Shown here: one piece after another, positions 15,373-24,665 of the stretch
Layout: the number at the start of each line of letters is the position of its first letter
Position numbering within the stretch: the stretch's first letter is position 1
Assembly (NCBI GenBank): GCA_037445775.1
Contig: JBBIJX010000003.1
Location: forward strand, 3,315-67,314
Length of the DNA: 64,000 nt
Direction: 5' to 3'
Origin: Actinomycetota bacterium
GTDB lineage: Bacteria > Actinomycetota > Coriobacteriia > Anaerosomatales > PHET01
Made by a program: the position numbers and the translations under genes
The notes under the pieces: generated by a model
Told to the model about the DNA's origin: nothing
Databases searched by the model: none
The model's input: the letters and a program-made list of their open reading frames with translations, nothing else

Positions 15373-16833
15373 TCACCGCCCCCCGCCGGTCACGTACGCG
15401 ATGGAGTTGAGGAACGGTTCAAGCGCCACGGTGATGAGGAACGGGGCGACGCCGAGCACCGCGATGCAGACGGCGAAAACCGCCGCAGTCACACGCTCGC
15501 GCAACCCGAGATCACTCACGTCGCTGATCTCCCCTGACGGCCCCTGGACGATGGCGCGCACACCCCTTAGGTTGTACGCCGCGACGAGCACGATGCCCGC
15601 ACCCAGTACTAGCGACCACCAGCCCCAGGCGCGATACGTCTCGATGAACGTCGCGAACTCGCCAGGGAACCCGGATAGCCCGGGCAGTCCCGCAGAGGCG
15701 AGCGAGGCGAACACGAACGCAACAGACCAGATGCGTGCGATGGACCCGAGCCCGCCGAACCGGGAGATCTCCCGCGTATGCGCACGTTCGTAGAGCGCGC
15801 CCACAAGGAAGAAGAGCAGACCTGCGACGAGTCCGTGGCTCACCATAGTAAGGACCGCAGCGCTCAGAGACACGCGTGTCGCGAGTCCAACCGCGACTGC
15901 TGCGAATCCCATGTGGGCTACGGACGAGTACGCAACGAGCCGCTTGAGGTCGGTCTGCACGAACGCACATGCGGCGCCCCAGACTACGCCCACAATGCCG
16001 AGAGCGACGAGTACCGGGCCCGAGCCGGCGAGCGCATCCGGAGCGAAGGGCAGCACGATGCGGATGAGTCCGTAGCCGCCCATCTTCAGCAGCACGCCCG
16101 CCAAGACGATCGATCCTGCAGTAGGCGCCTCTGTGTGGGCGTCGGGTAGCCACGTGTGCACCGGCACGACCGGCAACTTCACGAGCATGCCTGAGGCGAG
16201 CAGCCAGAACAGCAGCGCACCGGCGCCGGGCACCCCGCCGGCAGCGGTGATCACAGCGATCGACGACGAACCGGCGCCCACGAGCACGGCGATGACGCCT
16301 ACCAGCAGCACAGCGCCGCCGGCGAACGTGAAGACGAGGAACTTCGCCGCCGCTGCGCGCGCGTTGCGCGAACCCCATCCGCCGATGAGCAGGTACATGG
16401 GCACGAGCACGGACTCCCAAGCTATGTAGAACAACACGATGTTGTCGGCGAGGAACACACATGCCAGCGCCGCTTGAACCACCAGGAGCAGCGCGACGTG
16501 CGCGCCGCTTCGTCGCGTGACGCTCCACGACGCGGACAGCGCGGCGAGGCCCGTGAGTGCGGTCAGCGCGACGAACGGCAATGCGAGCCCATCGATCGCG
16601 AGCAGACCCGCGGCGGCGCCAGCGCCTCGTCGGCCGGACTCCGCTAGCTCGGCGGAGACCTCGCCGGTGAGCAGGACAGCGACGGCGGCAACCTGCGCGA
16701 GCACGGCGCCAAGCCCGACGAGCCTAGGCCGCCCGCCGCCGCCACGCTCAGCGAACCACGCGATGGGCGCGGCGAGGAGCGGGACGAGGATCAGCGCCCA
16801 GAGCGCTGCGACGGTGACCGCGTTCGCCTCCAT
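15373..16833 (-). CDS. nuoM: NADH-quinone oxidoreductase subunit M
   Basis: Antiporter-like subunit with the WLPDAHTEAPTAGS motif. Start set at ATG 16833 (MEANAVTV), just after the nuoL stop; ATG 16854 is an alternative. The track start at 17028 overlaps nuoL. Confidence 0.88.
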   Translation of the reverse strand: MEANAVTVAALWALILVPLLAAPIAWFAERGGGGRPRLVGLGAVLAQVAAVAVLLTGEVSAELAESGRRGAGAAAGLLAIDGLALPFVALTALTGLAALSASWSVTRRSGAHVALLLVVQAALACVFLADNIVLFYIAWESVLVPMYLLIGGWGSRNARAAAAKFLVFTFAGGAVLLVGVIAVLVGAGSSSIAVITAAGGVPGAGALLFWLLASGMLVKLPVVPVHTWLPDAHTEAPTAGSIVLAGVLLKMGGYGLIRIVLPFAPDALAGSGPVLVALGIVGVVWGAACAFVQTDLKRLVAYSSVAHMGFAAVAVGLATRVSLSAAVLTMVSHGLVAGLLFFLVGALYERAHTREISRFGGLGSIARIWSVAFVFASLASAGLPGLSGFPGEFATFIETYRAWGWWSLVLGAGIVLVAAYNLRGVRAIVQGPSGEISDVSDLGLRERVTAAVFAVCIAVLGVAPFLITVALEPFLNSIAYVTGGGR

Positions 16834-16838
16834 CGCGC

Positions 16839-18704
16839 TCACCGTCCCATCCATGAGATCGCCGCAAGCGCGAGTGCTGCTACCGCGACGATCGTGGCGG
16901 CGTAAGCCTGCGCGTCGCCGGAGTGGAGCCGGCTCAGGCCACGGCCTGCGAGGCTTGCGCCGAGCGCGAGCAGGACCGTGAAGCCGTCTACGATGAGGCG
17001 GTCGCCCGCCGCCCACAGCCCGCGGCACACCGCGACCGCCGGACGGACCACAGCCCGGTCGACGAGCGCATCGTAGTGGTACGCGGCGGCCAGCGTATCA
17101 CCGACCGTACCCAGCCGCCTCCGTGTCGCCGCATCGCCGACCGGGCCACGCGACGCCGTCCACCCGGCAACGCCGCCGATGACCGCAAGCGCGAGCGCAG
17201 CAGCAGAGATCGGCACCGACAGCGGCTCGGCATGCACGGCGAGCACCTCTACGACCGCCCCGTGAACGAGACCAAGCACAGCTGCCGGGAACGCGAGCAC
17301 GACGAGCGGCACCCACATCGTGGCCGACGCCTCGTGCGCGTGGGCGTCGCTGTTCGGCGTACCGAAGAACACGAGACGCGTGACGCGTGCGGCGTAGAAC
17401 GCCGTCACGGCGCTAGCAACAAAGAGTGCGCTACCCGCCACCGGACTCGCATGCCAGACCGACTCGAGCACCGCGTCCTTGCTGAAGAAGCCGGAAAGAG
17501 GCGCGATCCCCGCGAGCGCAAGTGCACCGATGAGCCACGTGCCGAACGTGACCGGCATGACCCGGCGCAACCCGCCCATCTCGTGGACGTCCTGCGTGCC
17601 GACGCTGTGGATCACGCTGCCGGAGCCCAGGAAGAGCATCGCCTTGAAGGCCGCGTGGGTCATGAGGTGGAAGAACGCCGCCCCCCACGCGCCCACACCC
17701 AGAGCGGCGAACATGAAGCCGAGCTGCGAGATAGTCGAGTAGGCGAGGACCTTCTTGATGTCGCGTTGGATCGCCGCGACGAGGGCAGCGCCGAGGGCCG
17801 AGATCACACCTGCCGTGAGCAGAAGCATCTGTGCGTGCGGGGCCGCGTCGAATACCGGCCACAGACGCGCGGTCAGGTAGACGCCGGCCGCGACCATCGT
17901 CGCAGCGTGAATGAGCGCCGAGACCGGCGTCGGCCCCTCCATGGCGTCAGGAAGCCACGCGTGGAGCGGGAACTGCGCGGACTTGCCTATCGCCCCGATG
18001 GCGAGACAGATCGCGGCCGCGCCTACCACGCCGGCGGGCATCGTGTCGACGAAGTCGAGCACGAGCGAAGATACGTCGGTACCGGCCTGCGTGACGAGGA
18101 TCGCGATACCTGCCAAGAGTCCCACGTCGCCAACGCGCGTGGTGAGGAACGCCTTCGTCGCGGCGGCCGCGGCTGATGGCTTGGAGAACCAGAACCCGAT
18201 GAGTAGGTACGAGCACGCGCCCACGAGTTCCCACCCGATGAAGAGCGTAGTCAGAGTGGCTGCGATGACGACGAGGTTCATCGACCCGACGAACAGAGAG
18301 ATCACCGCGAAGTAGCGTGCCCATCCCGGATCGCCATGCAGGTAGCCGATCGAGAAGACGACCACGCACGCCGCAACGACGCCCACGACCAGGAGCATGA
18401 GCGCGGCCAGAGAGTCGACCGCGGTCGAGATGCGCAAGAACCAGTCCTCACCCACCACAAACCACAGTCTCTGAGGCGACGCGGCGGCGGCCGCGCTCGT
18501 TCCGAGCGCAGGATCGAAGGGGTCGCCTGCCGCAGCGATCGCCTGCAGGGAGGCGAGCCCATACGCCACCGTCCCGAGCGGCCCCATGAGCGCGAGCAAC
18601 GGCGCTGCGAGACGCGCCCGCTTCCCCACGAGCGCGATGACAAGGGCGAGAATGCCCGGCACCACGGCGAGGTAGAGAGGGTCGATGCGCAGAAGCCCGC
18701 TCAT
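16839..18704 (-). CDS. nuoL: NADH-quinone oxidoreductase subunit L
   Basis: 621 aa antiporter-like subunit with the WLPDAMEGPTPVSALIHAATMV motif and a C-terminal lateral-helix extension. Confidence 0.9.
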   Translation of the reverse strand: MSGLLRIDPLYLAVVPGILALVIALVGKRARLAAPLLALMGPLGTVAYGLASLQAIAAAGDPFDPALGTSAAAAASPQRLWFVVGEDWFLRISTAVDSLAALMLLVVGVVAACVVVFSIGYLHGDPGWARYFAVISLFVGSMNLVVIAATLTTLFIGWELVGACSYLLIGFWFSKPSAAAAATKAFLTTRVGDVGLLAGIAILVTQAGTDVSSLVLDFVDTMPAGVVGAAAICLAIGAIGKSAQFPLHAWLPDAMEGPTPVSALIHAATMVAAGVYLTARLWPVFDAAPHAQMLLLTAGVISALGAALVAAIQRDIKKVLAYSTISQLGFMFAALGVGAWGAAFFHLMTHAAFKAMLFLGSGSVIHSVGTQDVHEMGGLRRVMPVTFGTWLIGALALAGIAPLSGFFSKDAVLESVWHASPVAGSALFVASAVTAFYAARVTRLVFFGTPNSDAHAHEASATMWVPLVVLAFPAAVLGLVHGAVVEVLAVHAEPLSVPISAAALALAVIGGVAGWTASRGPVGDAATRRRLGTVGDTLAAAYHYDALVDRAVVRPAVAVCRGLWAAGDRLIVDGFTVLLALGASLAGRGLSRLHSGDAQAYAATIVAVAALALAAISWMGR

Positions 18705-18994
18705 CCGCGCACCTGCCGCAACTCGTCGATGCGCGTGGTACGCGCGGTACGGGCGATCGCCACCACAAGCGCCAGGCCGACCGCCGCCCCTGCGGCGGCG
18801 AGCACGATCAGGAGCAACGCGACGGCCTCGACCCTGCTACTGCCGCCCGCCGCCGCTCCGAGGCTCACGAGCAGCAGCAGCGGCGCCGCGATCATCACCT
18901 CGATGCTGGCAAGCACCGCGACGAGGTCGCGCCGCACGAGCACGCCGTAGAGGCCGATGGCGAACAGGGCACCGCTCACCGCGAGTGCGCTCAT
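18701..18994 (-). CDS. nuoK: NADH-quinone oxidoreductase subunit K
   Basis: 97 aa, 3 TM, GLYGVLVRRDLVAVLASIEVM is typical NuoK. 4-bp overlaps on both sides. Confidence 0.9.
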   Translation of the reverse strand: MSALAVSGALFAIGLYGVLVRRDLVAVLASIEVMIAAPLLLLVSLGAAAGGSSRVEAVALLLIVLAAAGAAVGLALVVAIARTARTTRIDELRQVRG

Positions 18995-19476
18995 TCGGCA
19001 TCACCCCGGCTTACCGCCACGACGGCGACGAGTGCCGCGAGCAGAAGCAGCCCAGCGAGTTCGAAGTGCGGCAGCAGGTCTGAGAGCAGCACGCGGCCCA
19101 GCGACGGACCGCCAGCCGCCGACGAATCCGCAGTCACTACGAAGGGCCGGAGCAGCATCACGATCAGGGCCCCCACACCGGCCGCCGATACGAGCGCGAC
19201 CGGGTCGTGACGGGACTGGAGCGACGGCGCGCCGGGAACCTCGCGGTGCACGAGCATGATCGCGAAGAGCATGAGTACGAGGACGCCGCCCACGTAGACG
19301 AAGATCTCGGCGAGGGCGAGAAAACCGAAGCCGAACAGCGCGAAGAAGCCGGCGAGGGCGAGTAGGAACGCGCCGAGACCGAACGCCATGCGCAGCATCT
19401 CTCGCGCCAATACCACCGCGAGCGCACCGGCTACCGCAAGCGCGGAGAGTGACCAGAACAGCACCTGCTCGCTCAC
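18991..19476 (-). CDS. nuoJ: NADH-quinone oxidoreductase subunit J
   Basis: 161 aa hydrophobic protein at the correct operon position, with FVYVGGVLVLMLF. Confidence 0.85.
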   Translation of the reverse strand: MSEQVLFWSLSALAVAGALAVVLAREMLRMAFGLGAFLLALAGFFALFGFGFLALAEIFVYVGGVLVLMLFAIMLVHREVPGAPSLQSRHDPVALVSAAGVGALIVMLLRPFVVTADSSAAGGPSLGRVLLSDLLPHFELAGLLLLAALVAVVAVSRGDAE

Positions 19477-21482
19477 GCCGGACCACCCCCTGTGCGCGTG
19501 GGAGCATCGGCGCCCGTCGCACGCGTCCCGGTCCCGGCGCGCACCATCTCGTGCATGCCGAGAACGGTCAGGTCGCGACGGTAGAAGCTGAGTTCGTACT
19601 GGCCGGTGTGACGCAGCGCGTCAGTGGGGCACTGTTCGGCACACAGGCCGCAGAAGCAGCACTTGGAGAGGTCGAGTTCGTAGCGGGTCACCCGGCGCGC
19701 GCCTGGGTCGTCGATGCGCTCAACCTGGATCGCGTAGTCCGGACAGGCGTGTGCGCAGAACGTGCAACCCACGCACACGCCTGACGAGCACCTCAGACAG
19801 CGAGCGGCCTCGGCGAGCCCCTCCAGGTGCGTGAAGCCCAGCTCGACCGCGCGAAAGTCGCGCGCCCGCTCAGTGCCGTTCGCCAAGGGCATGTGCACGC
19901 GGCGGCGCGACGCCTCGACTCCCGCGAGCGCGGCCCGGGCGTACGACGGGTAGATCGGGACAGGGCGGTACGTGCGGTCCAGCGCGAGGTCCTCGCCATC
20001 GAGGTAGCGCAGGATCGAGATCGCCGCCTCGTGACCGCTAGCGATCGACGCTATGGCCGACCCGGGGCCAGTGACCACTTCACCGCACGCGAACACGCCG
20101 CGCACCTGCGTCGTCATGAGCGCACCGTCCACCGGCAGCATCCCGCGGTCTGTAAGAAGCAGGTCACTGCCGGATACGACGCCGTCGAGCGCGGGCTCCT
20201 GGCCGATGGCGAAGATCACCACGTCGGCGGCCAGGTCTGTGAACTCCTCAGCGAATACCGGAGCGAACCTTCCTTGAGCGTCGAAGACGGAGAGGCAGCT
20301 CTGCAGGCGCATGCCTGCCACGCGGCCGTCCTTCACGAGTACTTCCTTCGGGCCGTAGGAGCAGATCGCGACGACCCCCTCGTCGAGCGCCTCATCGATC
20401 TCCCACGGGTGAGCCGGCAGTTCATCCATCGACTCGAGAGAGGATAGCCTCACCTCGGCGGCACCACAGCGCAGCGCAACGCGGGCGCAGTCCACTGCAA
20501 CGTTGCCGCCACCGATAACGAGCACACTCCTGCCCCTGACGCCGCAATCGGCCTTGCCGTTGCCGGCCTTGAGGAAGTCGAGCGCGCCCCGCACCCCGTC
20601 CGCGTCCGCGCCCGGGATGGGCAGCATCCGGCTCAGCTGCAGCCCCACCGCGATGAGGACTGCGTCGTACTCGCCGATGAGGTGGTCGATGGGCACGTCG
20701 CGCCCGATCTCGACGCCGGCGAACAGGCGCATCCCCATCGCACGCAGGTCGCTGATCTCTGTGTGAAGCACGTCGCGCGGCAGGCGGTACGCGGGGACGC
20801 CGGAGTAGAGCGCGCCACCGGGAACCGCCTCCTTCTCATAGACGTGAACCTCGAAACCGGCCTGCATGAGGTCGAACGCGGCAGCGAGTCCGCTCGGACC
20901 CGATCCGATGATGGCCACCCGCTCTTCGCGGGTGAGCGGCAGCGGCTTGACACGCTCCATGCGATGGGCCGAATAACGCTCGTAGGCAACACGGTGCAAC
21001 GGCCTGATCGCGATCGGTTCGTCGAAGTACTGGCGCTTGCACGCGCTCTCGCAGGGGTGGTGACAGATGCGCCCTAGGACTCCCGGCATGACGTTTCGGG
21101 CGCGCACCAGTTCGTACGCTTCGGCGGCCTTGTCGTCGGCAAGCAGGTACGACTGGCCACGGGCGTCTACGTTCGCCGGGCAGTTGCCCACGCACGGCGG
21201 CAGCTCACCGGACTGGTGCAGCGCGTCGATGTGGCTGTTGTAGGAGACAGCCTCGCGCTCGATGAGCGGGACATCGTCGCGGCCCAGGACCCCGGTCAGA
21301 CGCAACGCTCCACGCCAGCGTGGCGACAGCGTGACCCGTTCGGCGGGATAGCGCAGTGTGTCCGGGCGCTTCGTCGCACGACGGGCGGTGATCCCAAGCC
21401 CGGTCGCCACGCTCAGCCAGCGCTCGGCGAAGCCCTTGATACCGGGTGAGAAATCGTCGGTCACGCTCACCGCGAGCGGCAT
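19473..21482 (-). CDS. nuoI: Chimeric NuoI: NuoI N-terminal segment + GltD-like NAD(P)H/FAD/[4Fe-4S] oxidoreductase module + NuoI 2x[4Fe-4S] ferredoxin core
   Basis: Start at ATG 21482, 47 nt after the nuoH stop; the track ORF extends to 22001 over nuoH. Motifs: KRPDTLRYPAERVTLSPRWRGALRL; CVGNCPANVD...GRICHHPCESACKR; VAIIGSGPSGLAAAFDL; VLVIGGGNVAVDCA; GVFACGEVVTG; CVGCTFCAHACP; CCFCGLCAEQCP. Confidence 0.8.
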   Translation of the reverse strand: MPLAVSVTDDFSPGIKGFAERWLSVATGLGITARRATKRPDTLRYPAERVTLSPRWRGALRLTGVLGRDDVPLIEREAVSYNSHIDALHQSGELPPCVGNCPANVDARGQSYLLADDKAAEAYELVRARNVMPGVLGRICHHPCESACKRQYFDEPIAIRPLHRVAYERYSAHRMERVKPLPLTREERVAIIGSGPSGLAAAFDLMQAGFEVHVYEKEAVPGGALYSGVPAYRLPRDVLHTEISDLRAMGMRLFAGVEIGRDVPIDHLIGEYDAVLIAVGLQLSRMLPIPGADADGVRGALDFLKAGNGKADCGVRGRSVLVIGGGNVAVDCARVALRCGAAEVRLSSLESMDELPAHPWEIDEALDEGVVAICSYGPKEVLVKDGRVAGMRLQSCLSVFDAQGRFAPVFAEEFTDLAADVVIFAIGQEPALDGVVSGSDLLLTDRGMLPVDGALMTTQVRGVFACGEVVTGPGSAIASIASGHEAAISILRYLDGEDLALDRTYRPVPIYPSYARAALAGVEASRRRVHMPLANGTERARDFRAVELGFTHLEGLAEAARCLRCSSGVCVGCTFCAHACPDYAIQVERIDDPGARRVTRYELDLSKCCFCGLCAEQCPTDALRHTGQYELSFYRRDLTVLGMHEMVRAGTGTRATGADAPTRTGGGPA

Positions 21483-21529
21483 GCTGATGGGCGTGCGGTC
21501 GGGCGCTCCGTCCTGATCGCGTCTGCGTG

Positions 21530-22489
21530 TCAGAGCCACGGCAGCACCGCCCCCACGATCACGAGCTGCAGCAAAGCCATGGGTGTGAGCACCTTCCACG
21601 CGAACCCCATGAGCTGGTCCGGCCGCATGCGAGGAAACGTCCACTTCGCCCAGATCATCGCCATCGTGATCACGACCGTGAGCCCCACGAACACAACGCC
21701 CCCGGCGATGCCGGGCAACCCGAGGCCTCCGCCCAGAAACGTCGCCGCCCCGAAGAGCGACGCTGCGACGATGCCCCCGTATTCGGCCATCATGAAGATC
21801 GCCCACCGAATGCCGGAGTACTCCGCGAAGTAGCCCGCCACGAGCTCGGACTCCGCCTCGGGCAGGTCGAACGGGCCGCGGTTGAGCTCCGCGATCGACG
21901 AGATCACGTAGACGGCGAAACCGATCGCGAGCAGCGGGATCCACCACAGCCGCCACTCCTCGCGGATCGTGACCGTGGACAGCGAGCCCGCGAGCAGACA
22001 CAGCGCAAGCACCGAGAGCGTCCGCGGGACCTCATAGGAGACCATCTGCGCCGCAGCACGCACGCCGCCGATCGACGCATAGGAGCTCTTGCTCGACCAC
22101 CCTGCGGCGACGATGCCAAGCACGCTCAGGCCCGGCACGGCGAGAAAGAACAGGGCACCGGTCTCGATGTCGAAAGGCGCCCACCCCGATCCGAATGGGA
22201 TGACGACGAGGGCCGAAGCGCACGGGACGAAGACGAGGTACGGCATGGCGCGGAAGAAGCGTGCATCCGCGTTCGCCGGTGTGATGTCCTCCTTGAGCAC
22301 GAGCTTCACGGTGTCGGCGAGCGTCTGCAACAACCCGAAGGGACCGGCCTGCTGCGGGCCGAAGCGCATCTGCACCCGGCCAGCGATCTTGCGCTCACCC
22401 CACACGCCTATGAGCGCGGCGATGGCGACGAGCAGCGAAGCCCCCAGGCCTGCCAAGGCGCCGTGCGCAAGCGGCGTGAGCCCGCTCAC
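21530..22489 (-). CDS. nuoH: NADH-quinone oxidoreductase subunit H
   Basis: GERKIAGRVQMRFGPQQAGPFGLLQTLADTVKL signature. GTG start at 22489 forms a GTGA overlap with the nuoD stop. The track start at 22798 lies inside nuoD. Confidence 0.9.
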   Translation of the reverse strand: MSGLTPLAHGALAGLGASLLVAIAALIGVWGERKIAGRVQMRFGPQQAGPFGLLQTLADTVKLVLKEDITPANADARFFRAMPYLVFVPCASALVVIPFGSGWAPFDIETGALFFLAVPGLSVLGIVAAGWSSKSSYASIGGVRAAAQMVSYEVPRTLSVLALCLLAGSLSTVTIREEWRLWWIPLLAIGFAVYVISSIAELNRGPFDLPEAESELVAGYFAEYSGIRWAIFMMAEYGGIVAASLFGAATFLGGGLGLPGIAGGVVFVGLTVVITMAMIWAKWTFPRMRPDQLMGFAWKVLTPMALLQLVIVGAVLPWL

Positions 22490-23631
22490 CTGTCGACCTC
22501 GCCGAAGACGGGGTCGAGCGAGCCGAGCACGACCACGAGATCGGAGAGTGTGTGCCCCTCGCACAGCAGAGGCAGCAGCGCGAGATTGCAGAAGGCAGGG
22601 CTGCGCACGTGCATCCGATACGGACGCGGCGACCCGTCGCTCACGAGGTAGACTCCGAGTGACCCGCGCGCGGACTCGATGTGGTCGTATGCCTCGCCCG
22701 GCTCGGGCGCGATGAGACGCGGCAAGCCGTCGGTCCGAAATGCGCCGGCGTGCATCTGCGTGATGGCCTGCTCGATGATGCGGCAGCTCTCGAAACACTC
22801 GTAGAGCTTCACGCGCCCGCGGTCATAGGCGTCACCGTTATCCCCGACCACTACGTCGAAGTCCATGCGCGGGTAGACCGAGTACGGGTCGTTCTTACGA
22901 AGGTCCCACTTCATGCCGCTTGCGCGCGCGACCGGACCCGACGCCCCCCAAGACGCCGCCTCCTCGGCCGACAGGACTCCGATGCCCTTGAGCCGCCCCC
23001 GCGCGATCGTGTTGCCGAAGAAGAGCCGGTCCATCTCGTCGAGGGCCGGCCGCGCCGCCTTGGTGAACGCGAGAACGTCGCCGGTCCACCCTTTCGGCGC
23101 GTCGTACGCCACACCGCCGGGCCTGACGTAGTTGTAGGTCAGCCGCGCCCCGCACAACTCCTCGAACAGCTCGACGATGCGCTCACGCAGGTCGAACGCG
23201 TAGACAAAGAAGGTGAACGCGCCTGTGTCGGCCGCCGATGCTCCGATGCCCATCATGTGGCTCGCGATGCGCTGCAGTTCGCAAACGATGACGCGCAGGT
23301 ACTCGGCGCGCTCGGGAACCGGAATGTTCGCCAAGCGCTCGACCGCGCGGCAGTACGCCCAGTTCGCGTACATGCTACCCACATAGTCGAGACGGTCGGT
23401 CAACGGAACTATCTGCAGGTATGTGCGATTCTCGGCCATCTTCTCGATGCCGCGGTGCAAGTAGCCGATTACCGGCACGGCCTTGACGACCACGTCACCG
23501 TCCAGGTGCACGATCACGCGTCCCACGCCGTGCGTCGACGGGTGTGAGGGGCCGACGTTGACTACGAGCTCCTCGACGGGACGGCCGTCGACAGCCACTG
23601 CGGGGGTCCTCGACTCGATCTCGACGCTCAT
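22486..23631 (-). CDS. nuoD: NADH-quinone oxidoreductase subunit D
   Basis: NVGPSHPSTHGV..., YLHRGIEKMAENRTY, and C-terminal LGSLDPVFGEVDR. It lacks hydrogenase NiFe cysteine motifs. Confidence 0.92.
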   Translation of the reverse strand: MSVEIESRTPAVAVDGRPVEELVVNVGPSHPSTHGVGRVIVHLDGDVVVKAVPVIGYLHRGIEKMAENRTYLQIVPLTDRLDYVGSMYANWAYCRAVERLANIPVPERAEYLRVIVCELQRIASHMMGIGASAADTGAFTFFVYAFDLRERIVELFEELCGARLTYNYVRPGGVAYDAPKGWTGDVLAFTKAARPALDEMDRLFFGNTIARGRLKGIGVLSAEEAASWGASGPVARASGMKWDLRKNDPYSVYPRMDFDVVVGDNGDAYDRGRVKLYECFESCRIIEQAITQMHAGAFRTDGLPRLIAPEPGEAYDHIESARGSLGVYLVSDGSPRPYRMHVRSPAFCNLALLPLLCEGHTLSDLVVVLGSLDPVFGEVDR

Positions 23632-23646
23632 CCGCCCTTCACCTCC

Positions 23647-24117
23647 CTAGATGTAGTCCGGGCGCCTGATCAGCCGCGGTGACGAGTAGTCCTTACGCAG
23701 AGGATGGCCCTCGAAGTCGTCGGGTAGCAGGATGCGCCGCAGGTCCGGGTGACCTTCGAACACGATGCCGAACAAGTCGTAGACCTCGCGCTCCTGCCAG
23801 AGCGCCGCTGGCCACAGCGGCACGAGGCTGTCGATGCGGGCTTCGTCGCGTCCCACGCGGCACTTGACGAAGAGCTTCGTCGAGAGAGAGCGCGAACCGA
23901 CGCGATAGACCACGACGAACTCGTCGACTCGGTCCACCGCGGTCACCATTCCGAGGCGGTCGAAACCGGCATCGCGGAGCTCGCGCATCGTAGTCAGCAG
24001 GTCGCCAGCGTCGATGTTGATGACGGCGTCGCCGAACTCAAGTGAAACCGCGAGACTGAAGTTCGGATTGCGTTCCGCGATGCGTTCGAGCAGTTCGTCA
24101 ACCTCGCGTTGTCTCAC
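23647..24117 (-). CDS. nuoC: NADH-quinone oxidoreductase subunit C
   Basis: 156 aa with WPAALWQEREVYDLFGIVFEGHPDLRRILLPDDFEGHPLRKDY. Confidence 0.88.
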   Translation of the reverse strand: MRQREVDELLERIAERNPNFSLAVSLEFGDAVINIDAGDLLTTMRELRDAGFDRLGMVTAVDRVDEFVVVYRVGSRSLSTKLFVKCRVGRDEARIDSLVPLWPAALWQEREVYDLFGIVFEGHPDLRRILLPDDFEGHPLRKDYSSPRLIRRPDYI

Positions 24118-24665
24118 GCTCCGTCACCGCCCTCGCGCGGGAGCAGAGTGGCGCGCTCACGACGCTTGCCCGGAGCGATCGACTCTGTCTTGACGAGCTC
24201 GCGCAGCTGGACGATCCCGTCTTGGAGCGACTCAGGCCGCGGCGGGCAACCGGCGATGTAGACGTCTACCGGCAGGAACTCGTCGGCGCCGCGCACGACC
24301 GAGTACGTGTCGTAGTAGAAGATGCCGCCCGAGATCGTGCAATTCCCCATCGCGACAACCCATTTCGGGTCGGGCATCTGGTCGTAGAGCCGCTGGACCG
24401 CCGGCTTCATCTTCTCGGTGATCGTGCCCGCGAGGATCATCACGTCGGTGTGCCTGGGGTCGGGACGCGGGAACGTCCCGAGCCTGTCGAAGTCGAACTT
24501 CGAGAACGACGCGGCTATGAGCTCCATCGCGCAACACGCCGTTCCCATGGGAAACGCCCACAGCGACTGACCCCGCGACCAGTTCACGAGCGCGTCGAGG
24601 CTCGTGAGGATGACGCCGCCGGGGCCCGAGTCGAGCGCGGCGCCGATGCGGTCTACGACCGCCAT
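24114..24665 (-). CDS. nuoB: NADH-quinone oxidoreductase subunit B
   Basis: GTACCAMEL...MGNCTISGG...CPPRP are the N2 cluster ligands. Confidence 0.9.
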   Translation of the reverse strand: MAVVDRIGAALDSGPGGVILTSLDALVNWSRGQSLWAFPMGTACCAMELIAASFSKFDFDRLGTFPRPDPRHTDVMILAGTITEKMKPAVQRLYDQMPDPKWVVAMGNCTISGGIFYYDTYSVVRGADEFLPVDVYIAGCPPRPESLQDGIVQLRELVKTESIAPGKRRERATLLPREGGDGA

